DNA of 63,354 nt, counting the filler, from Trichosphaerium sp. ATCC 40318 (lineage: Eukaryota > Protista > Tubulinea): the NCBI GenBank assembly GCA_038496445.1. It is 3 parts of 3 records of this genome, joined end to end, with 100 filler letters (N's around TTAATTAATTAA, not from the genome) between each part and the next. Parts side by side here need not be neighbours in the genome. Positions count along the whole stretch, not along the records: positions 1 to 20,377 come from JALMLS010000059.1; positions 20,478 to 49,420 come from JALMLS010000427.1; 1 more part is not named here. One strand, written 5' to 3'. Under the pieces are notes generated by a model, which saw nothing but the letters and a program-made list of their open reading frames with translations, did no database searches and had not been told where the DNA came from. Made by a program: the position numbers and the translations under genes. Of this stretch, positions 11,934-24,617 are shown one piece after another. Each line of letters begins with the position of its first letter. Position 1 is the first letter of the stretch.

Positions 11934-11956
11934 GACAGATGCATGTCACTTTCGGA
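11934..11956 (+). repeat. Right target-site duplication (23 bp)
   Basis: Identical to 7521-7543, directly after the A11 tail. Confidence 0.95.
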
Positions 11957-13490
11957 TACAGTACACAAACAAGATGTAGTTTTGGACGGGTTTTTAACAG
12001 GTGGTTAGAGTTTCTTCTGTGACGAACCAAATTACTTATGTGAATCCCTAAAGCCTCCTTCTATGCTTAATATTTCGTTAAATTGTATAGAAGTACCAGA
12101 TGACATACCTTGTGAACACTCATTTGCAGGTGAACTAGTTTGGTTTGTGTAAAAAAGTTGTTAAAACCTTAAAAAAGGTCACTGCTACAACGTTTTTCAG
12201 AAGGATACCACGTGGTTGCAAGCACAAGGTACTCAATTCAAACATGAGATTTCAAGCCTAATAGCGATCGCTTTAAAGGTTTGTGTATGATGCAAGGAGG
12301 CTATCTTATTTCTATAAACTCTGAAGAAGACAATATTTTTGCCTATTCGGTAGTTGGGTCACAACTTCCTTCATGGATAGGTCTCACTGTAGGCTTTAGA
12401 GATATAGGACAATTCGAATGGGTGCAATTACTTGTATTGAGTCGCAGATACTAATAACCATAGGAAATATCTAATGAGCCATTAGAATACGGAACAAAAT
12501 TCTTTCGTAGCCCTTGGCATGGTAATCAACCAAATAAACTTAAGAACGAGAAATGCGCTACCATGTACTACTACTAGCTTTTGTGAGAAGTAAAAAAAGC
12601 TAACAGTGTGTTATAGAGGAGTGCGAGACGGATGGGAAGACATCAGGTGTGTCGGTTCTGCAGCAGCAACAGGGTTGTGTGAGATTCCACGTGATACACG
12701 AAAACAAAGTACTTTTTTATTCTCTTTACCGAAACCCTTTATGTGTTTGCTAATAATGAGCACTAGGTAATGTCGTGTTAGATGAAAAAGAGTTTGAAAT
12801 AATCTCAAATTTTTATGTATCTGGTACACACCACCAAAGAAAATGAAGCTTCTTTTTGTTTGCTGATGTTTATTAAAGGAAATTTGACAGGTAGCAATAC
12901 GCCTTTGAAATTTAAATCAGATACAACTATAATAGACGTAAGAGGATGTGTTGAAGGCTCTTTTAGTGTTGATACTACCGAAAAGGTACGTGCAGAGTTA
13001 ACAACTGTAACAACGTGATATTCTCTTTGAGACCTTACTACCTACATACAACCTTCAATTCTTACTTTTTTCCGACTGTGGAAGCTCACTTGTTCATAGA
13101 ATATTACTCTTATTGTTTCACAACAACGTTCCTGTACAACTCAATTTGACTCGCAGGTAGCCTTACGTGATACACAATGTATGGAATCAACACGATCATC
13201 AACAGGATTATTTGCTATCATCTCAATTACTATCACAAATTGTAAAAAAATTGATATTACTCCGAGTATGCCTAACGACGTATGTGTAAAAAGGATTCCA
13301 ATTATTGTACTGGTAGCTACTTTGTTGTTAAGTATCATACTTTGAATAAACAATATAGCAACTTCCTTGTTCGTGTGACTAATACAAACAACTCATTGCC
13401 AATGTTACTTTAATACATAGCAAAAGTATTCATTGCCACGAACAAGAACTGCCGTACAAGGCACAACAGTATGAAAACGGTTTACTATTC
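11957..13490 (+). pseudogene. 3' part of the interrupted C-type lectin domain gene
   Basis: Spliced exons GHCYNVFQKDTTWLQAQGLCMMQGGYLISINSEEDN..SWIGL..FEW..WHGNQPN..EKCA..WEDIRC..LCE (CTLD consensus); hydrophobic segment IPIIVLVATLLLSII near 13295-13345. 3' end approximate. Confidence 0.8.
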
Positions 13491-14132
13491 AGTGAGCATC
13501 TGTGTATTTTCAGTAACGCAGAAGGAGTTGCCAGGGGTATGGTTTAAAAATGATTCCAACGCTAGTTAACAACTGAAAGCCGCTTATTTCAACAACTTAT
13601 TCACAAAAACTGTGCAGTAAAATAATTAGTCTACTACATTCAAAATAGCAGCTATACACTAGGCTATTACTACAACACATGGTGATGTAAAACAGCCTCT
13701 CGTCATCACTCAAAAAACTAAACCGAACTTTTTTTTTTTTCGAATTTGCAAATTATGTGCGCAATACTGCGAACCTAAGCGGTTTACAAGTCCAGCAGTT
13801 TTACGTTTCGCTTCGGGCTGTTTTATTTTTTTTTGCCGTTTTTCGATTTTTGCGTCTACGAAACGATAACGAGCAATATACTTACGTCAAATAACTCGTC
13901 ATATACCTGCTAATAGTATCACGATAATACTAGCCTATTTGCTCAAAAAAAAAGATAAAAAAATCGCTAAAAAACGTAAAAACAAAAAATGCAACTGCTA
14001 CTTACAACGAACTTAGCAACGTTCATTAATATCTACAATAAATTCGTGGGAGGGTCTAGTGTCTTGGGTCAAGGGTCTTGGGTCTTTAGTCTGAGAGAGG
14101 GGTCACATATCAGATAGCAGTGACTATACATA

Positions 14133-14712
14133 TCAGACGATAGTAGTCGATGTATCATTTGCAAAATAAGCAGGTTTAACGACGTTTATTCCGTATTCTG
14201 CCAATGCCTTTGAAAGATCGTCCATACTCATCACTAATTTACGGTTCTTTTGATGGTGTCAGTCAAAGTTGAAATGAGATAGACGACAAAGAGGGGGTTT
14301 GTTTTTAACAAAAACATCAAAAAAAACGTTTTTTTTTTTTTTTCTTCTTCGTAGTCTGTGATTTTTTATATCGCACCTTGTTACGAAGTGTTTGAGATTG
14401 TTGTCTTTTTTTACAATGGTTTAGAGCTGAATTTGCTACATCCGCTATAAATTTTTGTGCTGCTACAGCTACTAATCTTTGCCTATTGTTATTATTAATT
14501 ATATGCGCGTAATATGCAGTATTAAACTGCCGTACACCCTAACGTCCGGACAATCGAAGCCAGTTCGTTTTAAACAAGAGTCAACTACCTCTTCAGGTAT
14601 CTTTAGAGTATTAAAACAAGTGATAAAACAAGATTGGAATTACCGTTGGTTTATACTCTGTCATAAGCGATAAAAACTCTTCCATGTCGTCCACTGGGCG
14701 ATTTGCTGTCAT
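14133..14712 (-). CDS. TAF10: TFIID subunit 10 (4 exons)
   Basis: Spliced: ..MEEFLSLMTEYKPTIPEEVVDSCLKRTGFDCPDVRVQRLVAVAAQKFIADVANSALNHC..KLVMSMDDLSKALAEYGINVVKPAYF..*. Confidence 0.95.
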
Positions 14713-14892
14713 GCTGACTAACTGCAGTGGCAACAGCGAAAGTCAACGCGAATTCATTTTGGATTTTTCTTGCTTCGTGGCATTTCGGGCGGTTATGGCC
14801 GCACAACCATAGAAACTAAATAAAACAAATACCAAGGCGCTTAAAACAATTATAAACCCGCCAAAATCAAGAAAGTTGTAATTGACACCTAG

Positions 14893-17521
14893 ATGGCATT
14901 CACAAACGCGTCAGATGTTCTCATATCCACTATGGGTAAAAGAACTTTTGAAATACATGTACGTTACATTTTATACAACAAAACCGTTATAATACGCATA
15001 AAAACGCAATAAATAACCCATTGAACGTATTCGTTTACATCAAAATAGCAAGATAACAGAAAACCTCAAAAGAAAAGAAAAAAAGAAGCTCAATACGAAT
15101 ATACTCCTCTAGGAGATATATACGCTGGTACCAGCAAACCAGGCAGAAAAAAATTCTACGTTTGGGGTATTCTTCTCTCGTACACAGAATGGAAGGCAAC
15201 TAGTGGAAGTGGTAAGCAACACTAAACACGAACTCTCAGTTATAAAACTTTATTGTTCTTGTGACAACACGTGCACAAAAACCTTGCTGTTTGTTTTTAC
15301 TTTTTTTCTGATTTACAATAGATTGGTACATGAACATGAATATATGCGATGAATCGTGCAATGATATGGCTGTGAGGCTTTTTTTTAATAGGCAGTCATA
15401 TCCTACACCTCCAAAATTTCCGCCTTTTGGATCTGTGGTGCGCCTGCACCGTGTTTGGGTGCGTGGTGGTCAAAGAGTTCGCTTCAAAAAAACTTGTAGT
15501 TTCAAGAATTTTTTGTGACAGTTTTTGGCTGTTGCACGTGCTAGACAGCGCCTTGTGTTGATTACAATTTATCAGTTAATAATACCGTGTTTTGTTTTAA
15601 AATCTTATTCTTGGGGTTAGGTTGACACTTATAATGGAAAGATGTGGTTGATTTACAAACAAGCAATCAGCGCTTTAACTGTTTATTCGGACAAACCTGG
15701 AGAAGAAGTTAGCTTTTTATGGCAATCCTCAGACTTTCCTACATTTATAGATAACGACAAAAAGAGGCTTAATGTTTTACGCACGTGGGCTAAGAATCAG
15801 GGAGGTTTAGTATCCGAGGAAAGGCATAACGATGAACAGAGTGATTACTTAAAAAAACTTGAAGAGATTACTGAAGGTGTTTCATGTGATGTACTTGTAA
15901 AGATTCTTGATATCCAAAATGAAGATAAGAAACAAAAAGTAATGATATGGGATGGTACAGGCGATCAAGAGAATGGAGACGAGTACGTAGCAGTGGGGCT
16001 TTTTGATGACATAGGTTTTTTTTTCTTTTTGTGTTTTTTTTGACGAAAAGTCTTAGGGCTTATGGTGCTGTTGAACGTCCTAGTGTTGGTAAAATTATGC
16101 CTGTCATAGCTTGGGAGGGTTCATATCATTTCGAAGATAACTTAATAGGATTATGGGTGAACATAAAGTTCCTCAGAAGTAGTACGTGTCTTAACAACAT
16201 TGTCAATCACTTTCTGAACTAAGAATATTTTAGGAAAATACTATGACAATCTTGAGCTACATACAATCGATCATAACAAGCCAGTTGTCGCAATTATTGA
16301 AGAATCAGATGAGCGTGTTGCTAAATTAATTAGGTATGTTGATGCAATTGTTGGGTATTGACTTCTAAGCTGTCTCTAGTGAGTACAATAAGATTGCTGA
16401 GAAAGAAAGAAAAACAACGCCTAAAAAAGCACCGCTGAGTGTTTACACTCCACCTGTATCAGCTACACGTGTTGTATCAAGTAAGACAATTTATTGAAAT
16501 ACTTTATTGTTAATGTCATATATTAGCGTGCCATCAGTTCAGTCATATGCCATTTACGCCTATTAGTACTATATTAAATAGCACTAAGCTTCCAAACAAG
16601 TATCATTCAAGTGGAATTATTAAGGTACCTTTTTGTTTGAGTCAAAAAATGATAAGCATGTATCCATAACACGTGCTTGAGTATCATGTTTTGCATGGCA
16701 CGTGCATATCAAGTTCGCACATGTGACTTCAAAACACCACCAAAGTGTTACTTTTTCTAATTTTTTACAGCAATAACTTGCCTGCTTCTTATTTTCTTAT
16801 TCCCCTTTGAGTATATTTATCTTGTTTCTTCTGATTTTATTCCTGTATAATTATTTTAAGTGCTCAGTTGTTTTTTCGGAAATTCATTCTTTTGTTCTAG
16901 GGTTGGTATCCGGAGAGAATAGAGAATTTTACTGTTATCAGTAAAAAAGATAACAAACGTATTTTTTTCTTCACATTGTTCATAGAAGAACCGAAATCAT
17001 CAAGTATTCTACCACTTATGATTCATACAGATAAACCAGTACGTAAAAACCCCATTCAAACAAAAAGAATTGGAGCTTTTCTACAATAGAATTTGACAAG
17101 CAAAATCAATACGATTAAAACTAAAACCAGTTTTTTCTCACAACACCAACAACAAGTTGAGTCGTCACTCATCACGCTGTTATAAAAACATTTTTATATA
17201 CAAAGGAATAAGACCACATTTCATAGTTATTGTGTGATGTGGAGAAAAATATAACTTCAAGAGAGAACGCTTAATGAACTCCAGAATTTTACTTTACTTT
17301 GTTCTTTTTATGCGATTTCTTATTCTTTTTTTTTTTTCAAGTTTTTTCATGGTGTGCCTATTGTTGATTTGGAAAAAGAACAAGAAGTCCTTGGTGATCT
17401 AATATTGAAACTTAATAGTATCAAAAAGAAGACTCTTGAGTTTTGTGTACAAGTATATCGTATTTATAAGCGTGGAAACTTTGAAGTGAAGTACCTTGCT
17501 TTTGATACAACTATAAACTAG
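14893..17521 (+). CDS. POT1: Telomere single-strand binding protein POT1-like (OB folds), multi-exon
   Basis: YEYTPL..FYVWGI..ICDES..GSVVRLHRVWVDTYNG..DKKRLNVLRTW (OB1); DVLVKI..MIWDGT (OB2); C-terminal AFDTTIN*. Confidence 0.8.
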
Positions 17522-18049
17522 TTTTTATTTTTTTGTTGTTGAGGTAAAGCTTGTTTATTAATAAACCTCAAAATGCATTGGTAGGACCAACAGCAAACTT
17601 GCAGTGCTTGTACAATACTTTACTTTTTTCTTGTAAGTTTCGTGTTTGAGCGCTACTCCACATACGAGCCATACTGATAGGTTTCTTGTTTGCACTGGTG
17701 TGCGTGGTGCCAACCTTGCTTTAGTTGTGCCATTTGGAAGGTGAAGTAAAACGTTCAATATTTAGAAAAACAGACCGCCAGTATGGTTATGAGAACAATG
17801 TGAACATATGTCACTTCTCACCAAAGGTTGTTTTTTTGGTAAGGTTACTACTAATAGAGTTATAAAACAGTAAACACGAATGTAGGGTTTTATCTACACC
17901 CATTGTTTTTTCTATCGGGAAGAAATTCTTATTGATGTCTTTATTCACGCACGTGACATTGAATAACAATTACAATATTCACATTGAAGAGATATTGTAG
18001 TTGTAGTATTGTTGTGATACAGACTTTTTTATTCAAACAAAATTATACA

Positions 18050-20022
18050 ATGAGCGCATCAACAGCAATCTTTTTACTTGTTCTATCGTTATTCGCATAC
18101 GCACTCTCGCAAGATTCGTTTGTAATTACAACCACGCCTCTCCCAGGCTTTGAAATACGATCGAAAGCTGATCCATCAATGGTTATACAAAGTAATAGAC
18201 ATTTTCTTCTCCCAAATAGAGTCGCTCGAATTTTTATTGACAAACACTTTGTTTAGCATGTGAATACCAACAAGCCGATGGCCTTTTCGCTATTTCGTAT
18301 ACATACATGCCATCAACTAAGACACTTATTGGAAAGACTTTTGACTTACTGTTTCAGGCGAATCCGCGCACGTGTGCTATACAGGTATCGTTTTGGTTAC
18401 AAATACAAAAAAAAAACCACGCACTCCCGCCGACAAATCCAATATCTGTTGTGTCTACTTTACAATAGTGACACATCGAGCAATCTGTTGGTCCAAGTAC
18501 AACCATATAACCCGAACTCGTGATGCCGTATAATACGCCTGTTGCTTTATCCACAGCAAGGTACGGAATGTCAGTGTTAACGGGACATGAAGTCTGAATG
18601 TAAAATTATTTTAACTTGATATTGAAAGGTGTGTTAATTCACTACAACAGTGGAGATAGTCGGCGATACATTATACATTGCTGGCAGTATGAAATTCGCT
18701 GTATTACCTCTAACAGGTCCTATGGCTTGTGTTGTTACTCAGCTAGTGGACTATATCGTACCTGCGTCCGGAGGTACATATTTTTCCTGATCAATATTGT
18801 TCTATTATTGTAATAGTACTTATTATCTACTTCCTAGATATTACCGCAATATCGGATAATGAAATTATTGGTAAAACTACCGACAATACCTATTATTCAT
18901 TTAATATTGGCACCTCAACGATAGCTCCGTTTGTAACAACATTACCAGCGATACTTGGTGGTGCTATTTCTTCTCTATTTTTTGATACAACACCTCCACC
19001 TGAAATAACACCTCCTCCGGATGTGGCAACTCCTCCTACAGTAGCTCCTCAAGGTGGTATTGTTGATGCTTTAATCATAGGAAAAGGAGACGGAATACCA
19101 GGATTTGATTATTACTCCCTTTCCGATACAACCAATATCCTTGGATGTACGAATTTTGTTTGTACTCCACTACAAAATATTACATGGATATTTATACATT
19201 TATAGCATGTGATAATCCAGAATTGGAAACAGATCCAGATGCAATGGAATACAGCGCTGTACTTGATAAAATCTTGTACTTGAACAAAAACCAGCAGCTA
19301 TTCACAATTGATCCTTACACATGTCAAGTTGTACGTCAGATTTTGAAGCGCCTTTATGAAAGTCCATCACACTTACTCCGCATTTTAGGACAAAACATGT
19401 TTCTTCCCTATTTCCCTCACTGGATTGATGATAGATGATGCGAGTGGAAGAATATTTATGGAGGGTAGAGAATTTATTACATACGAGCTAGATGTAGAGA
19501 CATGTAAACTTAGCATTGCTTGCAGTGATAAACTCAGGTCAGCTTCTGCTGGTACGAAAATTTTAGTCGAGAAACTATATTTAGAGCATGGCGTTTAATT
19601 ATAACAGGAGAAATTGTTGATGGCGTTCTATTCCTTGCTGCCGATCGTGAGACAGATGTTATAGTTGACTTTTTATCTGGGTCATGTGCAACGATAGCTG
19701 ACTGGATTGATACAGGTTGTAGAGTCGCAGGTATAATTCTCCTGTTTTTTTGCTGTGTACAACTCATTGTTGTTTTTCTTGTTTAGGTTTAACATCAATA
19801 TCAGAGACTACTTTAATAGCTGCTTGCCAAGACGGAAGTTATTTATCTATTGATATCACTGAAGTCTTAACTACCGGTGTGACCCCAATGGAAGCCTACG
19901 AAATTCCTGCACCAACAAGCTTTGCTTTATCTGCGTTTAAGTTCAATCCTCCACCTCCACCAGTAGCACCAGCATTTATAGGTAGAGAAGGTTGTATAAG
20001 ACGATTGTCACAGGCAGTTTAA
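18050..20022 (+). CDS. Secreted protein with two homologous Cys-containing beta-rich domains and Pro-rich linkers; possibly disrupted/truncated
   Basis: Signal peptide MSASTAIFLLVLSLFAYALS; paired segments ANPRTCAI/IDPYTCQV, EIVGDTLYIA/EIVDGVLFLA, ITAISDNEII/LTSISETTLI; linker PPPEITPPPDVATPP. Exon phase is unresolved near 18420-18650. Confidence 0.55.
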
Positions 20023-20377
20023 TAAAATACGTCTACCCTTTTGCGGTGTGCAACAGTTTTGAGCAATACCAGAATTTACTTCCGAAGTTTCCGTGAAACC
20101 GTTGCATCCTTGTCCAAAATATCCTAGCTTGAAGTGAACCCGACATTACTCCGTAGACTCTATGGTACATCCATTCATTGGGCCCAGCAGGTAGAATGTT
20201 CAATGTGGTAGGTTTTGTGTTGTAGATTAAATGGCATTCAATTACCTGCATTTTCTGCAAACAGGTCTTACATAAAAAGTGTAAAATTAATCGTTAGTAG
20301 CTAACCCCTGCAGAGTTATGGAACCACAGATTGACTTAGGGTAGTTTAGTTTATTGAATGTGAACTTGTTACTACTT

Positions 20378-20477
20378 NNNNNNNNNNNNNNNNNNNNNNN
20401 NNNNNNNNNNNNNNNNNNNNNTTAATTAATTAANNNNNNNNNNNNNNNNNNNNNNNNNNNNNNNNNNNNNNNNNNNN
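20378..20477. other. Assembly/concatenation gap with six-frame stop linker
   Basis: N run with embedded ttaattaattaa. Confidence 0.98.
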
Positions 20478-20758
20478 TTTGTAAATTTTTTTAACGCCTC
20501 TTACAATGTTCATTGTACTCTGTTTAGCGTTCTCAATAAAGCCAGCAATACCAGAAGCGTTCTTTGCCTGAACTCGCTCGGATTTCAGTCTCATTTGGGA
20601 AACTGGCATAATACTACGCTTAGCGACGACTGTATATGTTGAGTTGCGTATTACTGCTTTAGATGATGCATAGCGAGTTGTTGAACGAAATCCTGTATTA
20701 ATTACTCGATTAGACAGTTTACGCTTAGGTAAAGAGCTTTAGTACCTTTTACTAACAT
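20478..20758 (-). CDS. 5' fragment of LETM1-like gene (duplicate, cut by contig end)
   Basis: Mirror of 44540-44820. Confidence 0.8.
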
Positions 20759-20938
20759 TTCGCGATTGTTCAGGTTTATCTCCGGTACAAGTCTTGTTTT
20801 CTTAGTATAGTGTTACGCAGTAGTGAGTTTCGGCGTAAACAAGTGAATAATGTCGCTATTCCCATAAGCGAGAAACAAAAAAGGCTTAAGCACAAAAACA
20901 GCTACCTATCGATGTACACTACAGAGTAGGCGTAGAGA

Positions 20939-23133
20939 ATGCGGTCGCGTCGTTTGTTTACAACAAGACAAAGGAGTACGTTAATATTATTACAGAAGCT
21001 CACAAGGCGTTAATAATGCTCAATATATACTTATAAGCATATGTAGCACATGAATTAGAAATTATAGCAGCAAAGCTCTCTGTGAACGTTCTAAACGATT
21101 GGTACAACGTCACTCATGCGGATTTAATACTTGCAGGTGGCAGACAACTCCTCAAGAGGTAAACGAGCAACAAAAAAGATGATTTGATCGAGAAATGTCA
21201 CTGAGCACTTGTCAAACTGTTCTACACTCTCTCTTGCGATACCTAATACAACGTACCAATTTTAAACCATCTTAGGCATAGTAACTCGTTACCACGTGCG
21301 CTGGCAACACTCTATCCTCATTTCCTTTGGACGCCATGGAGGTTTAGGCAAGTGAATGTTCATTGTTTTGTTTACTGTTGATGCATTCTTCTGCATGTTG
21401 ATTAACTATTACTATGTCTAGAGCTGCGCCTATGGGATATTGGAATGCTATTGATAACCAAAGAGAAAGGTTTGATGGGATAGGAAAACGTCTTAATGTC
21501 AAAGTTATGGATGATTGGTATACTCACGGAAAGAGCGAAATTCTTTCTTCTGATGGAGGTGCTGGTGTATTCAACAAGTACCTATTTATCTCGTTATCAT
21601 ATACATGAGTTTAATAACAAGTGTTATAGGTATAAGAACTCATTATCAAAGACTTTAAGGAAGATATATCCTGATTACAGGTGGGAAAGTGTCAGATTCA
21701 AGTTCGTTTGTGAATTGATTTTTTTTTTCTTTTAAATGTTTGTCTAGGACTAAGCCAAGGCATTTTTGGACTATACATGCCAATCAACGACAACTTTTTC
21801 ATGATGCAGGTATATCACTTGGTGTAAAAACAATCGATGATTGGTATAAAGTAACAACAGAACAAGTCCTTAAAATTGGGGGAGCTGGTTTGTTTCAAAG
21901 GTACAAAACTTAATTCTGGACTCTCCTTCTCCTTCTAATCCCTGTTAAAAACAGGCATCAAAAGTCTATATCACAAGTTCTACGTGTGGTATACCCTGAG
22001 TACGCTTGGGACAACTCTCTATTCAGGTTAGTCTTATGGCTTTTTTTTGGATTACTGACAAAATGTCTTTATTAGAAAAGCTCCTGGAGGCCATTGGACT
22101 CGTATGAAGAATATCGTGCCTTTCTTGAAATGTAAGAAACTTTTGAGATTTTTTATTTGCTTTGTTACAGTCTCTCTTATGGTATTTGTAGCTGTAGAAA
22201 AGGTTCTGAACGTTGCTAATCCATCAGACTGGTACGATCAAAAAAAACCTTTTCCCAAATAGGAAAAAATTGGCTAAAACTGTTGGGTTGAAGGTATCGT
22301 GTTTCAAGGCCTCAAATAGCAAAATTCAAAGGAGGAGGAGTCCTATCGAAATTCCCGTTCATTTTGACAGAGCTGTACCCAGAAATGAACTGGTCTTGGT
22401 CAAGATTCGGTCTCAAAACAGGTCCAAAACGATCGATACAAAGGTACAATAAGTTCTCCACTTTCCTTTTATTGGTTTTAAGCCTTGTCCTTCTAGGTGG
22501 TTATTAGAGTGTATTAAAGAGATATGGGGTGATAGAGAAGTACAAGAAGAGCATTGTGTTGGATTTAAATCATCAGGTGAAAAGGTTATTGTTGATATAT
22601 TTATACCAAAGTATAACTTGGCTATTGAGTATCAAGGTGAGTTAAAAAAAATGCTTCAAGCACCTCCTTTCTATTCATTTATTGGTTACTCTATAGGCGA
22701 GCATCATTATTACGATATAAAACCGTATTCTAACCCTACACATGTGTTTAAAGCACGTGATGCAGAGAAAACTCATTTCTGTTCTGACATTGGTACTAAC
22801 GAAGCGCTCCCTTCATTTCTTTAAAATACAACACCTCCTAACGTTTATAATTTAGGTGTTGATTTAGTTCCTATTCCGTATTGGTGGAAGGTGCACCATT
22901 TTGTATTTAAACATCTCTTATTTTGTTGTATATAGGGAGACGTAGCTTCTTTGAGAGCAACATTAGCATACTATGCCCCAATATTGGCATCAATTTTGAT
23001 CCTAACATAGAACCTCTTGTTGGTCTAGTACCGCAAGGCAGGTGTTTTGGAGGTACTTCGCCTTTGTTTTTTGCTTGTGACCTTTCTTTTAGCCAAATCA
23101 ATTATGAGTCCAGCTGGTGTCCTTGTCACCTGA
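20939..23133 (+). CDS. Four ~75-aa DWY tandem repeats + C-terminal PD-(D/E)XK (Vsr/DUF559/RAP-like) nuclease, copy 1 (1-bp deletion near 22977)
   Basis: Spliced repeats W..NQR..F...L.V...DWY.....GG......S....L...YP...W...F; nuclease VDIFIPKYNLAIEYQGEHHY..RDAEK..C..IGVDLVPIPYWW. Confidence 0.85.
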
Positions 23134-24617
23134 TGCATGTGCGTGATAATGTGTTATACGTATGTGCAATGCCAGGGCAATAATCCGTGTTCGGAGACCC
23201 ACAAGTGGTTAAAGAAAGAAGAAAAACAGTTTACTAAACGAATAGCTGCAAAAAACAAACCTCGATTTAAATGACGTCAGTTGTCGGAGTGTTGCATAAG
23301 GTTCCACCTCACTCCAACAGGAATATATTGGCGTAGTGGCTATAAGATCGGGCAGAAGTGGATGTCGACACTCCCAAAGGCATAGCCAAGGGCTTGTTGC
23401 TCAATTTTATTGACATGGATTTATTATGTGAATCACAGCAGTGAGCAAATTGTTGCGGCGTTGATGAATAAAGAAATAGAAAGTATTTGCTTTCGAAGAT
23501 ATTTGCTTCAATTCTTTTTTCACTTGGAACCCAAAGAAGCATCTTAATAAAACAAACAAGTCTGTAAAACTTGACAATTATTAGTTTTGTGATTTCTACT
23601 TAATGTCACCTTTGATTGAAATCCAAAAGTAGCACACAAAAAAATTCGCGTAGAATAACTGGTTGTGCAGATTGGCGGTGTTGTTTTCAAAAAAAGCTTC
23701 ATTTTTGTCAGTTCGAACCAGAAAAAATTGAGACGAAAGTCTAACAAATTCGGTCTCGGATTTTCACAATCGCACAAGTCAAATGGAGTAAATTAGCCTT
23801 TCGTATTCGAAACAAGTACGGATAATGGTAAGTGTAAAGAAAAAGTTGTCCTTTGGTTGGTAGCGCTAGGCTGCAACGAAACGCACAAAATCCGTTTATT
23901 TTGCCCGTTTAACTTCGTTGACTAATTGTACATACAAGCTGAGTACTTGGACGTTATTGAAAAGTTTTGGCCAGATAATACTCGCAAATATGTAGGTGAA
24001 TGTAAGGATGGATTGTTTCATGGTACAGGGACATATCTCTGTGCGCTGAATAGGCTACAAGTTCTTTTTGTGAGCCCTACACTGTCTCAATGAATATTTT
24101 TATACAATGTGATGCTATACAGAACGGTTTGAGGTTAAACAGATGGCCACATTGTGTTGTAGGGTTTTCTGTAACAAGTCCGAAAACTCATATTTTTTTG
24201 TGCACTGTAGAGTAAATAACATAATTCTTGCGCAAGACCACGTGAACGAGTAATTATTACATCTTTGGCAATGAGCACACGCTACGATACTTTACGGTAC
24301 GTTTTAATACAGCAATAATAAATTACAGCGTCAACCTGCTTTAAAAGTACCTACCAGGCGTTAATGGCGCTGTTGTATTTATTTGCGATAGTTTTTTCAC
24401 CCAACAGGTTAAATAGAAGAAGCATACACAAATGGTGTGCGTAGTGTAGATTTGATATCTGTGCGCAGCAAGACAAGCTCTTGTCGTGGCTAGAACTCTT
24501 TTTTTTTTCTTCTATTTCAATCACGTGATTTTCTGTTTGAAGAAACCCAAACATTCTAATGTAGTTGTAGGAACCTTGAAACCCACGCATGTTGGAATAA
24601 TCACAGCTGTCCCTGGG

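Noticed and set aside
13795-14000. Degenerate fold-back element
   Set aside because: Arms are mostly T-rich versus A-rich low complexity; no clear TIR or TSD.
20421-20433. TTAATTAATTAA palindrome within N runs (also ~49465)
   Set aside because: Artificial six-frame stop linker; adjacency across these gaps is not biological evidence.
21342-21421. GC-AG intron in the repeat-nuclease gene
   Set aside because: GCAAGT at 21348 fits the repeat consensus, but a GT donor 6 nt upstream also keeps frame; undecidable without cDNA.
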